IMG/VR virus record: IMGVR_UViG_3300045971_000577
Location: 124,001 to 188,000 of that record
Length of the DNA stretch: 64,000 nucleotides
Strand: one strand, 5' to 3'
The notes under the pieces are model-generated. The model did not search any database. It saw nothing but the letters and a program-made list of their open reading frames with translations, and was not told where the DNA came from. Of the stretch, positions 36,617 to 45,897 are shown in pieces; within the stretch, counting starts at the first letter, position 1, and each line of letters opens with the position of its first letter. The position numbers were made by a program, and so were the translations under genes.

Positions 36617-37671
36617 CCGCGTGCTCTTGCTACCAGCGTGTTGATGATGTGCTTGTGGTCACCGTAGATCAGTTCTTCCATCTTGTCGATTTCGGACAAC
36701 TTGAACCACTTGGCCTTCTTAGCATCGTCGGACCCCTTCACACGGGGCAGTTTACCGTCACCACCAGTAAGTTCGATAAGATATGCCATAGTGATGGTAC
36801 GACCACGCAAATCGCGATCAGGATGGTCAAATGTTTCGTTGTAGGTAATACCCTTACGAAGCACGATTTCTGGAACCTTGATCTTGGTTTCTTCCACCAA
36901 CTCGCGGATAACGCAATCTGCCAAACGTTCCTTGGGATTGATGAATCCACCCGGGAGTGCCCAAAGGCCCTTGCCCGGAGCGTAACCGCGTTGGATAAGC
37001 AGGATGTGGCCGCCTTGGATAACCACTGCATCAGTAGTCTGGAATACAGGCACAAAAGGTGCAGATTCCCAGGACTTGTGATAGTCCTTGTAGAAAATGT
37101 ACTCTTCAACCATGTCGCTGTATCCGGGAGTATTTCTCCAAGATTTCATGTATTCGAATACTGCGGCAGGAACTGCACCCTGGATGTAATCCAGGTGGCC
37201 TTCGAAGTAGAGTTCGCGCACCTTAGTGGCGTCGATTGGCTGTGAACCGTGTTCGACAAATCCGTTCAGTGGAATAAAGTCCCACTCCGGGAATGCATGG
37301 TTGTACCAGCTGGAATCGTCCTTGTCGTAACCCATGATTGCGATATCAGCATCGTCGATATCAGGGCTGTCAGTCTTCACCACGGATTGCACGTTGCTAA
37401 TCCAGTTGTTGTTGCTGTACTTGAAGTCTCGCAGAGGATAGATCTCGAACTGAGCATTTGGCCGCACAGCTTCGATTGCACTCGTAATCATTTCCTTACG
37501 TTCAGCAAACTTGAACGGATTCTTCGGAGTGCGGGGCTGGAATGAACTGCCGACGAGAATGATTACCTTTTCGGCAATATCCAGGGCTTGGAGGAAGTTG
37601 GCAAGATGCCCGTTGTGGGCGGATTGAAATCGTCCGATGAGGACGACACGCTTGTATCGTTTTATTGACAT
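36613..37671 (-). CDS. nadM: bifunctional NMN adenylyltransferase / Nudix ADP-ribose pyrophosphatase
   Basis: IGRFQSAHNGH (HxGH), KNPF...ER, Nudix box GG.....E......RELVEET, SDDA. Confidence 0.95.
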   Translation of the reverse strand: MSIKRYKRVVLIGRFQSAHNGHLANFLQALDIAEKVIILVGSSFQPRTPKNPFKFAERKEMITSAIEAVRPNAQFEIYPLRDFKYSNNNWISNVQSVVKTDSPDIDDADIAIMGYDKDDSSWYNHAFPEWDFIPLNGFVEHGSQPIDATKVRELYFEGHLDYIQGAVPAAVFEYMKSWRNTPGYSDMVEEYIFYKDYHKSWESAPFVPVFQTTDAVVIQGGHILLIQRGYAPGKGLWALPGGFINPKERLADCVIRELVEETKIKVPEIVLRKGITYNETFDHPDRDLRGRTITMAYLIELTGGDGKLPRVKGSDDAKKAKWFKLSEIDKMEELIYGDHKHIINTLVARARG

Positions 37672-37713
37672 ATTTTGGCTCCCAAAATAAATAAGTTGAA
37701 CAGTCTGTCTGTT
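37671..37713 (-). promoter_or_regulatory. two-hairpin leader motif (copy 2)
   Basis: AACAG-ACAGA-CTGTT then TATTTTG-GGAGC-CAAAATA. Confidence 0.6.
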
Positions 37714-37824
37714 ACTGTTATATTTATGTTACTATGTTGTGAACCGTTTGTCAATGTGGTAAATAAGTGTAGTTCGCGATGCGCCAACATCCAACTACCC
37801 TAACGCTACAAGGAGCAATCAGCT

Positions 37825-38433
37825 ATGTATTTAGCATACACTTATTTCGTTCGAAATAAAATTACAGATCAATTCTATTATGGATCTCGTTATAAAAATG
37901 TAAAATATAATAGATCGGCAATAAACGACTTGTGGATATATTATTTTACATCTTCAGATAGTGTCCTCAGACTTGTTGATCTTTACGGTAAAAAATCATT
38001 CGAAACTTCTATAGTATATGAATCTAATGATTACGATGCATGTTATTGGAAAGAGCAAACGCTTATATCAGAGAATATAGATAATATACTATGTCTCAAT
38101 AAGCATTATACTCGAGACGGAAAAGTCAAGTTTCTCCGAGCAGGGATAGTGTTATCGGACGAAACTAAAAATAAGATGTCGGCGGCGAAGAAGGGAAAAT
38201 CTCACTCTACTGAGCACAATAGAAAAGTATCTGTGTCTCTAAAACAAAAATATAACTCAGATATCAAACCAAAATCAACACGATTTAGAAAATCTGCCAC
38301 AGAAGAAACAAAGCTAAAAATGTCACAAGCCAATATTCTACGGCCGCGACTCGAATGCATTCATTGCGGAAACAGATATGATCCGGGAAACTATAACAGA
38401 TATCACGGACCAAAATGTAAAATGAATAGATAG
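37825..38433 (+). CDS. GIY-YIG-like homing endonuclease with NUMOD3 repeats
   Basis: YTY.......QFYYGSR...YFTSS; SDETKNKMSAAKKG, HSTEHNRKVS; C-terminal CxxC. Confidence 0.75.
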   Translation: MYLAYTYFVRNKITDQFYYGSRYKNVKYNRSAINDLWIYYFTSSDSVLRLVDLYGKKSFETSIVYESNDYDACYWKEQTLISENIDNILCLNKHYTRDGKVKFLRAGIVLSDETKNKMSAAKKGKSHSTEHNRKVSVSLKQKYNSDIKPKSTRFRKSATEETKLKMSQANILRPRLECIHCGNRYDPGNYNRYHGPKCKMNR

Positions 38434-38730
38434 TCAATTATCCTCGACCGTGGCTACGCCTTTCAGGCGATTGATGATCTGTACATCTTCGGTTGGCATT
38501 TCTCTTTCAAACTGACGCCAGGTATTTCGGATTTTCCAGCCAAAACCAGCCAACCACCACCCCGCCCAGGCCGGCAGCACGCCGCCGGCCAACAACTGAA
38601 CGCCGAGATGACCTATCCAAATGGTTGAAATACCACACGGAATAATCCAGAAGAGCAATGTAGGAATAGCAATGCGGTTGAATGAATCGTTCTTATCCCA
38701 CCACCATTTGGCAAATTGAACAATTCTCAT
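38434..38730 (-). CDS. small membrane protein
   Basis: Two TM helices; paralog-like to 38727..38999. Confidence 0.55.
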   Translation of the reverse strand: MRIVQFAKWWWDKNDSFNRIAIPTLLFWIIPCGISTIWIGHLGVQLLAGGVLPAWAGWWLAGFGWKIRNTWRQFEREMPTEDVQIINRLKGVATVEDN

Positions 38731-38999
38731 CGGCGGCCTGCCAATCTGTCAACGATGTACTGGCGTTCGCGGTCACGCTCTTCTTTGTACTTGTTGATTT
38801 GCTCAACAAGAGCATAATAGGCCTGGCACAAGAACGCAATCAATATGGTACCTACTATTCCACCAAGAAGGACTGCGAATGCACTCATGCCAATGAATGG
38901 TGCTGAAACCAATGCAGCAAATATCCACGAAAACATCACAGTAAGTATTTTCTCACCATAATCTCGCTTTTTCCACCACCATCCAATGAAACCGAACAT
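38727..38999 (-). CDS. small membrane protein
   Basis: WWW N-terminus, two TM helices, ends IVDRLAG. Confidence 0.55.
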   Translation of the reverse strand: MFGFIGWWWKKRDYGEKILTVMFSWIFAALVSAPFIGMSAFAVLLGGIVGTILIAFLCQAYYALVEQINKYKEERDRERQYIVDRLAGRR

Positions 39000-39143
39000 T
39001 TTAGTCCCTTTCTGACCAATCGTTGTGCATGTATTCCAAATCTGCTTCCATAAACGGATCGATGTCTTCGAACTCGTCTATTTCGTCATAAACGGGAAGT
39101 GGCTTCGGCATGTTCTTTGGAACTACCGGATCCTCTTTCTTAT

Positions 39144-39419
39144 TCATGGCTTTTCTCCAGTTGGGTACGGCCAGTAAGGTCTGGGAGGATTTGTTGTCGC
39201 TCCTTCGACCTTCTCAGTGTCATACTGGTCCTTAATGTTAGCAGCAAAATACTTGCCCGTCGACTCGGCTTCAAATAGTTCATTGGCAACATCCGGCAAA
39301 ACATCTTTATACAGATACTTGCTGCCAGCCATGAACTCGACCAACAAGATATTGGTCTTGAGGTCAAATTCAATCTTGGCAATTGAGCTACTCTTTTCTG
39401 TGATTTTTCTTCTTTTCAT
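39144..39419 (-). CDS. KTSC domain protein
   Basis: SSSIAKIEFD....LLVEF..GSKYLYKDV......LFEAESTGKYF...IK. Confidence 0.85.
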   Translation of the reverse strand: MKRRKITEKSSSIAKIEFDLKTNILLVEFMAGSKYLYKDVLPDVANELFEAESTGKYFAANIKDQYDTEKVEGATTNPPRPYWPYPTGEKP

Positions 39420-40180
39420 TTGAACTCCATAAAACTATCAACTTTGAACTTACCCTTGCTGTGCAATACCACTGCACCAGTCATGAATCCACCCTTACCG
39501 CATCCTGTATCCAAGAAGATGGCTTTACCGCCGTCTTTGTTGGTAACAGTCATTGGTTCAGTGATAAGAACGTTGTGGATAGGATGACTATCGTGTCCAA
39601 CCATAAGCGTCTTACCCATAGGGATTTCGTCAATCCAGTTGTACAACCTAACAGGATATCCATCAGGGTATACTTCGTTGTTGGTTTCGCCAACAAGGAA
39701 TCTCGATTGCGCGCTTTTGGATGTCGGCGTACCATCCCAAAGGGAGTGATGGCCGGCAGCATGCACAAGAACCAAATCTCCAAACTTGTGGAACAATGAG
39801 GACTGCATCTTCATTTCGACGATTTCGCAGTACATTCTCAAGAAGTCAGTCATTCTTTCTTCGCCAACATCCTCGAGTGTCTTCTTTCCGTCCCTGGAGA
39901 ATCTTACATCCGCACCGTTGGCGTATCTGTAAAACTTGTTGTCGTGGTTGCCTACAATGAAACCGGCTCGGCCATCGTATATTGCACGGTACATCAATTC
40001 AACAACTTCGAATGGATGCGGACCGCGGTCAACCAAGTCGCCCAACGACATAAAGAAGAAGTTTTCACTTCTTGCGTAGTCATGGGCACGCCTGAAGGAT
40101 GCAAAGTCGCTGTGGGTATCCCCGACAACAAGCATGCCATCAAAACTTTCTGCCACATAATCACTTACACTATACGTCAT
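39416..40180 (-). CDS. calcineurin-like metallophosphoesterase (PrpE / Pnkp phosphatase-like)
   Basis: GDTH, GDLVDRGP, GNHD, VHA, GH, DTGC. Confidence 0.88.
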   Translation of the reverse strand: MTYSVSDYVAESFDGMLVVGDTHSDFASFRRAHDYARSENFFFMSLGDLVDRGPHPFEVVELMYRAIYDGRAGFIVGNHDNKFYRYANGADVRFSRDGKKTLEDVGEERMTDFLRMYCEIVEMKMQSSLFHKFGDLVLVHAAGHHSLWDGTPTSKSAQSRFLVGETNNEVYPDGYPVRLYNWIDEIPMGKTLMVGHDSHPIHNVLITEPMTVTNKDGGKAIFLDTGCGKGGFMTGAVVLHSKGKFKVDSFMEFK

Positions 40181-40535
40181 TTGTTATAGGTTTCCAACCT
40201 AGTTCTGCCAATGCTTCTCTAACCAGCTCTGATACATGACCTTCATTACCACAGCAATAAAAGTCCATGTAATCTTCATGTAGATTATAATTGAGGGTTC
40301 GTATTTGAGCAATGAGTCCGCCGGCATAACGCCAGGAACAACTCCACTCTGATCGATCAACACCCATCAAGGCATCTATGATCTGCTCGTCTTCGGGTAT
40401 CTTACTAATTCTTACCCATTCAACGTTGCACAATGCTGAATAGAATTGTGCAGCGGTGTCGCTATCTTCGAGTAACTTGATAATGGCTCTACTACTCGCC
40501 ATATCATGTTCCATGTCATATTTCTTTACGTCCAC
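40170..40535 (-). CDS. hypothetical protein
   Basis: YSALCN...WSCSWRYAGG...DYMDFYC. Confidence 0.6.
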   Translation of the reverse strand: MDVKKYDMEHDMASSRAIIKLLEDSDTAAQFYSALCNVEWVRISKIPEDEQIIDALMGVDRSEWSCSWRYAGGLIAQIRTLNYNLHEDYMDFYCCGNEGHVSELVREALAELGWKPITNDV

Positions 40536-41305
40536 ATCGACTTCCTAATTTTGATAAGTCGCAAGAGCATTTCTTCGTCTTCTTTTTCCCATTCGCGTGC
40601 CATTACAGAATTTCTACCGCAAATCTCGAGATGTTTCTTATAGTCTTCCGCGTCATGGTCAAAGTCATCATCCAACGGAGCAAGAATGTCATCGAGCCCT
40701 TGATTGCTGTATCTAGGAGGTTCCAATTCCTTACGCATAGGACGAATTTTAGTCCACCAAAGATACAATTCTCGCTGTTCACGAGCATCCTTAGCCTGCT
40801 GTGGGGACTGGTCCTGTGAAGGAATAGTCGGATCATCCAGGGTTACTTCCCAGTCGAGATGCGCCATTCCAAGATCAGGCCTACGGAAAGGTATGAACTT
40901 ATTGTAGAGTGGCATGTGCTTCTGGCACCATGACATCTTGTAAATATCACCCCAAATAAAATTATGCCATGCCTTTTCTACTTCAACATAATCGACAAGC
41001 ATAGTGAAACATGTATACAGCATCTTTCGGTCAATTTCTACATATCCTGGTGGCAATCCAGTCTTAACTACGTGATATCTGTCTAACAGACGATATCTGA
41101 AATAGTCAATCACTTTTCTATACTTCCACTTGATGGGAAGAATACACTTATATCTAAAGGTGTGCCTGCACCAATATCTGACCGGCGCGACCTGCTTGAA
41201 TTCGTAACGGAACAATCTCCATCCTGTAGATGTGAGGGCGCCTGGCGGATTAAAATCCATCCAGGAACCAAATCGTTCGTACAATCTTTTTATTTTGCTG
41301 ATCAT
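40526..41305 (-). CDS. hypothetical protein
   Basis: 259-aa ORF; sigma70-like promoter at 41312..41340. Confidence 0.6.
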   Translation of the reverse strand: MISKIKRLYERFGSWMDFNPPGALTSTGWRLFRYEFKQVAPVRYWCRHTFRYKCILPIKWKYRKVIDYFRYRLLDRYHVVKTGLPPGYVEIDRKMLYTCFTMLVDYVEVEKAWHNFIWGDIYKMSWCQKHMPLYNKFIPFRRPDLGMAHLDWEVTLDDPTIPSQDQSPQQAKDAREQRELYLWWTKIRPMRKELEPPRYSNQGLDDILAPLDDDFDHDAEDYKKHLEICGRNSVMAREWEKEDEEMLLRLIKIRKSMWT

Positions 41306-41340
41306 ACCCCTATGCTAGTGTGCGTGTAGGTAGGAGTCAA

Positions 41341-41538
41341 TCAATGTGGCATACCACCATTTGATACGAATGTATTCAACTTGTTCGCTTCTGCAATCAC
41401 TTCTTCGGTGGTCGGCGCGGTAGTTTGGTTGTCGCCATTCGCCACGCCAGCGGCCTTGTGCTTTTCGTTCAGGATGACTTGAGAGAGTTGAAGCAACTCG
41501 AGGCGGATTTCATATGGGGTCTTGCTAGTTGGTTTCAT
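41341..41538 (-). CDS. small hypothetical protein
   Basis: PYEIRLELL...PTTEEVIAEA..L..FV, a common T4-like phage pattern. Confidence 0.6.
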   Translation of the reverse strand: MKPTSKTPYEIRLELLQLSQVILNEKHKAAGVANGDNQTTAPTTEEVIAEANKLNTFVSNGGMPH

Positions 41539-41552
41539 TTCTTTTCCTTGTG

Positions 41553-41816
41553 TTATTGTGATGTTACGTTTGAGCTACCTACTACTATTACTGCACCGCA
41601 GCCGGCAATAGCACCAACAGTAATTATTTTCTTACCATCTGCATCAGTATCAGTTGTAACAGATTTTAGTTGAGTTGTTCCATGCTTCTTTATCGGGCAT
41701 TGATGAAGATCTCCCTCTAAAGCCATCGGCAATCCGTTTACAGTAACAGTAGATGTTGCTGTAATAATAGTTCCACCGTGGGACGATTTATCACCTAATC
41801 TTGCTACAGGTTGCAT
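41553..41816 (-). CDS. PAAR-domain spike tip protein
   Basis: PVARLGDKSSHGG...VNGLPMA..GD...CP..HG...CGAVI..GS. Confidence 0.88.
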   Translation of the reverse strand: MQPVARLGDKSSHGGTIITATSTVTVNGLPMALEGDLHQCPIKKHGTTQLKSVTTDTDADGKKIITVGAIAGCGAVIVVGSSNVTSQ

Positions 41817-41817
41817 A

Positions 41818-42117
41818 CTATGCCTTTATTATAGAGCTTTTCGCAGGAAGAGCAATGCCGGTTGTGAGACTTTCGTATTGAGATTCCATTTCAACTGTCG
41901 GAAATCCAATAATGACTGGTTTCGGAATAGTTACATGCTTACTAGGATCTGCGAGCATCATGACAGGAATGAATTGCACACCCTGTTGTGTTTGGCCTAA
42001 TGTAAGAGGTTTTGACACAACATAATCAACTAATGTTTCACTAATTACCTTGCAAATAAATTCTTCACCACTCATCATCTTCATGACAGTGACATATGGC
42101 TGTGTTTGTTTTAGCAT
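41818..42117 (-). CDS. small Sm-like fold protein
   Basis: VMKMMSGEEFICKV...KPL...TTGI. Confidence 0.55.
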   Translation of the reverse strand: MLKQTQPYVTVMKMMSGEEFICKVISETLVDYVVSKPLTLGQTQQGVQFIPVMMLADPSKHVTIPKPVIIGFPTVEMESQYESLTTGIALPAKSSIIKA

Positions 42118-42131
42118 TTCGTTATCTCCTA

Positions 42132-44711
42132 TTAGCTGCATTTTCCGGATCCACAGTTTACACATTTCTTACAACCTTCTTCGTATACCACATTAGAAGA
42201 TCCGCAATCTTGACATACTTCGCCGTGTGCCTTTTCTCCGTCCTTGATAAATGTTGCAAGGAACTTCTTGATTTGGAAAATAAAGCTACCAATGTAAACG
42301 TCTTCCATTGTGTCCAATACCGCAACGATATTCTTGATAAGAACACCGTGGCGTAGATTCAACGAAACCATACGTGCAACCTTAGATGCATTATCGTTTC
42401 CGCTAATCTTTGCAAGCACTTCATCGATATGAACTTGTGGAATACCCTTTCTTACAGCAAGATCTGTTAGCTTTTCAATAGCGTCAGATGTTGTAATGTT
42501 CTTTTCATGGTGGTTTGTGTGAACAAACAATGCGAAAGGACGAGTTTTCTGTTCGTTCCATACTACAGACAAATACCACTTACGACCTTCAGCCTTCAGT
42601 GTCTTCATCGAAGCCGGTGCAGAGTCAGGCAATGTTACAGATTCCAAGATAATTTCTTCATCGGAATCGTCGGCATGCTGTTCTTCCTTAGCAGACAGTA
42701 CAGAAGTCATTGTTCCAGCACGGTATGTTGTGAAACCCTTGATGTAACCTGTATTGTACACCTTTAGATATAGACCCTTAAAATCTTCGTACGGATAGTC
42801 AAAAGGAATGTTACAAGTCTTAGAACATGCAGAGTCTGTCCAACGTGCAAAGCCTTGCAAGTCAGAAACGTGATCATCAACTGTAAGGTTGGTAGTAGTA
42901 ACTGCCCACGGTGCTGTTGGATCCCATTTGCCAATAGACTTCAGGAAGCGAACACCGTAGTCTTCGCACAATACTTCCTTTACAAGTCCACGGTTCTTGT
43001 CAATCTTATAGGTAACACCATTAAACACGCCGCGGAGAATTTCTTCGTCTCCTTCCTTTGCAAACTTGAATAGATCTGTTTCTTCCCATACACCTTCGTA
43101 CCACTTAGGAGTTACATCAATCATATCTGCAGGAACAACAGATACAATTACTGTACGGACATATTCTGGCATGAAGATTGGCTCAATTCCGCCAGATACC
43201 ACGTTAGCAAGAATAGACGAGTTACCATTAGGTTGTTGGCTCATCAACGAGGAATTACGAATACCTGTGGTGCGAAGCTTGAACATGTACGCATCAGACA
43301 ATCCGAGTTGCTTGACAAACGGAGTCTCTGCGTGCCACATTGGTTCACAATATTCGAACTTGCCCTTTTCTACAGCCAAATCAATGGATGTCTCGTAGGC
43401 AGTTCTTGCAACCAGTTGCATTAGTTCTTCTCTAATAACTGCTGCTTCGGGAGATGCAAATCGTGTCTTCAGCATGAACAAGGAAGAACCCCATCCCATA
43501 ATGCCCAAACCAATACGACGCTTCTTCTGCATAGATTCCACGTATTCTGGAAGAGGTGCAGACGAATAGCTGTTTACGTTGTCCAAGAAACGAACCATGT
43601 AACCAACGTACTTCTTGATTCCATTAAAGTCAAACGAACGACCCTTAACGAACTGTGTTAGGTTGATTGTACCTAGGCAGCAAATATTGCCAGGAGACAA
43701 TGTTTGTTCACCGCAAGGATTTGTTGCGAATATTGTTTCTGCGTAGTTTAGTGGATTGAAATAGTTAGCACGGTCCAGGAACAGAATGCCAGGTTCGGCT
43801 CTATTGTATGTAGACTCCATGATAAGATTCCACAACCACTTTGCAGAGATCGTGTTGAATACCTTTACAGGATATCCCTTAGCAAGCCATGCCTTGATAT
43901 CGCCATTCCACTCGTCTTTGTACTTCTCGAAAGTAGTAACAGGGAAATGAAGCTCCCATAGGTCAAGCAACTTGATAAGTTCTTCGTATTCATCCTTGCG
44001 CTCAGGTTCTGTACCTTCGGCAATACGCTTTTCTAGATCTTCAATCTGGGTAATACGGCTCATGAAGTCATCTGTACAGTTTACAGATACGTTGAACTTG
44101 GTAAGACGGCCAGCCTGTTGCTTTGCAGTAATGAATTCAATAATATCTGGATGCCATACATCAATAACGCCCATCATAGCGCCTTTTCTGATCTTACCCT
44201 TAGCTTTCTTGTTCGTAGACTTCTTACCGGAACCAGCGGTAATGATTTCAGAAGCCTTATCGAACAATTCCATGTACTTGACGGAGCCAGGAGTCTCTAC
44301 GCCAATACCGTTAATGAAAGAACCGCGGGGACGAATATAGGAAAAGTTTTCTCCCCAACCACCTTCAGACTTCAATGTCTGTGATTGACTAAGCAAGTGG
44401 CTGTAAATGCCTTCCAGGCTGTCAATGTCATACTTTTCGCGTGGGCCCACGAAACAATTCATTAGGGTAGTGCCGGACCACTCTGTACCGGCATTCGACA
44501 TAATTCTGCCGCCTGGTACACCCTTGAAGTTTGTTAGAAGATCATAAAAGCGATCTCTCCACAAATCTTGTAATTCTGTTGTTGCTTCTACTGACGAAAT
44601 TGCATTTGCAATTCTTTTCATTGTGTCATCAACGCTATTATCATTGTGATCTTTGTATGTCGTTTCCCAAATTTCATTGGAAAACGTATCCTGAAATACA
44701 GTGGTTCTCAT
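42132..44711 (-). CDS. nrdJ: class II (B12-dependent) ribonucleotide reductase
   Basis: PGGRI, NCFV, EPG, TNPCGEQ, CCLG, SKTCN, TTYR; C-terminal zinc ribbon; no nrdB adjacent. Confidence 0.88.
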   Translation of the reverse strand: MRTTVFQDTFSNEIWETTYKDHNDNSVDDTMKRIANAISSVEATTELQDLWRDRFYDLLTNFKGVPGGRIMSNAGTEWSGTTLMNCFVGPREKYDIDSLEGIYSHLLSQSQTLKSEGGWGENFSYIRPRGSFINGIGVETPGSVKYMELFDKASEIITAGSGKKSTNKKAKGKIRKGAMMGVIDVWHPDIIEFITAKQQAGRLTKFNVSVNCTDDFMSRITQIEDLEKRIAEGTEPERKDEYEELIKLLDLWELHFPVTTFEKYKDEWNGDIKAWLAKGYPVKVFNTISAKWLWNLIMESTYNRAEPGILFLDRANYFNPLNYAETIFATNPCGEQTLSPGNICCLGTINLTQFVKGRSFDFNGIKKYVGYMVRFLDNVNSYSSAPLPEYVESMQKKRRIGLGIMGWGSSLFMLKTRFASPEAAVIREELMQLVARTAYETSIDLAVEKGKFEYCEPMWHAETPFVKQLGLSDAYMFKLRTTGIRNSSLMSQQPNGNSSILANVVSGGIEPIFMPEYVRTVIVSVVPADMIDVTPKWYEGVWEETDLFKFAKEGDEEILRGVFNGVTYKIDKNRGLVKEVLCEDYGVRFLKSIGKWDPTAPWAVTTTNLTVDDHVSDLQGFARWTDSACSKTCNIPFDYPYEDFKGLYLKVYNTGYIKGFTTYRAGTMTSVLSAKEEQHADDSDEEIILESVTLPDSAPASMKTLKAEGRKWYLSVVWNEQKTRPFALFVHTNHHEKNITTSDAIEKLTDLAVRKGIPQVHIDEVLAKISGNDNASKVARMVSLNLRHGVLIKNIVAVLDTMEDVYIGSFIFQIKKFLATFIKDGEKAHGEVCQDCGSSNVVYEEGCKKCVNCGSGKCS

Positions 44712-44727
44712 TTACACTCCTGGCGTG

Positions 44728-45165
44728 TTAGGTTATTGTTTTTATTTGGTCTTGTGGGTAAATTTTGAGCAAGGTCACGTCGGCACAAGCATCTAGGTAC
44801 ATACTTACCTGTCCTAGTTCTCTATTCAACACAAACTGATCATTTACTACAGGAAGCAAACATACGCCGTCTTCATCCTCGACTAGGTAAAGATCTAGTT
44901 TGGCTGCAATCGGAATCATGGCAAGGGTGTAATAAATCAGTAGACTGATTGAGCTTGTGCAAAAGGAACCGTGATACAATATTTCCCACGGCGTTGGCCA
45001 GTCGGCCGGTGAATAGTAGTCCAATGATCTAGCACCAAAGGGGATTCCTGCACAGAATTTTGCAACTTCGTTTAGCTGCTTATCTACGGGCAAATCTTTT
45101 AGATCAGCTCGTAGTTTCTTCCAGAGAATGAGACGGTCCTCACCGTGAACGGTATTCCAAATCAT
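44728..45165 (-). CDS. hypothetical protein
   Basis: WPTPWEIL motif. Confidence 0.6.
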   Translation of the reverse strand: MIWNTVHGEDRLILWKKLRADLKDLPVDKQLNEVAKFCAGIPFGARSLDYYSPADWPTPWEILYHGSFCTSSISLLIYYTLAMIPIAAKLDLYLVEDEDGVCLLPVVNDQFVLNRELGQVSMYLDACADVTLLKIYPQDQIKTIT

Positions 45166-45192
45166 AGGCTTCTTTTTATCGTAAGGTTGTAT

Positions 45193-45858
45193 TTAGTTAC
45201 GACCGTGTCGGTCGTAATAGGCGCATACTTTGTTTGCCCACATAGTTTCGTAATGGGTGAATTCATCACCCTCGATTATGAATTCTAAATATTTTCCGTC
45301 TCTGGTTGCCATCATAATAACACCCTTACGGATGTTTGTTCCGTACATTTCATTATGTGATAGGGAGTATGCTGCTAGTTGGCAGAAATAGTCTTCGATC
45401 CACTCTCTCTTTTTCTCTTTTAGACTATTCTTGAAGTCCATAATCGCAGGTTCGCCTTCCCAGACGCCGACAAGGTCGGTTGTTCCTGCATAGAGTTCTT
45501 TTGAGTAGAGTGCGACTTCAGATCCCCAAATTTCTGTAATCTTGGGGAAAGCTTTTCGAATGATAAGCTTCGCTAAAGTTTGTGCGTAGAAAGTACCAGT
45601 AAGTGGTAAGCCAAGAATATGATTTTCTAAGTTCTTGTGCATACCGTTACCGATACCAGTCGCTTGTGCCGTTATCTTTTTGGCTTCATCCTCGCCAACC
45701 CGTTCTCGCCATTCTTGAAGATGAGTGTTGTCTTTGGTTGCGGATAAAATTGTTGTAACACTGGGAAGAGGGCGACCCTCACCAACAATGTATTTGCGTC
45801 CGTTGGGACTATCTACACGCTGAAGGGGTTGATAATTGAAGGGGTTTGTTATAAGCAT
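45193..45858 (-). CDS. PD-(D/E)XK exonuclease
   Basis: PSVTTIL, G...H...E, YAGTTD, DFK, QLAAY. Confidence 0.85.
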   Translation of the reverse strand: MLITNPFNYQPLQRVDSPNGRKYIVGEGRPLPSVTTILSATKDNTHLQEWRERVGEDEAKKITAQATGIGNGMHKNLENHILGLPLTGTFYAQTLAKLIIRKAFPKITEIWGSEVALYSKELYAGTTDLVGVWEGEPAIMDFKNSLKEKKREWIEDYFCQLAAYSLSHNEMYGTNIRKGVIMMATRDGKYLEFIIEGDEFTHYETMWANKVCAYYDRHGRN

Positions 45859-45897
45859 TGACGAAGTGTAACACGAAACGCATCACGAGTCAATGTT

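Noticed and set aside
34628-37545. Long + strand ORFs opposite nadV and nadM (likewise opposite the ligase and RNR)
   Set aside because: Antisense shadows of codon-biased genes; no motifs or ribosome-binding sites.
41553-41816. Type VI secretion locus
   Set aside because: PAAR proteins are normal tail-spike tips of contractile phages; no T6SS genes are present.
45193-45858. Cas4 as part of a CRISPR system
   Set aside because: Stand-alone PD-(D/E)XK nuclease without the Fe-S cysteines, other cas genes or an array.
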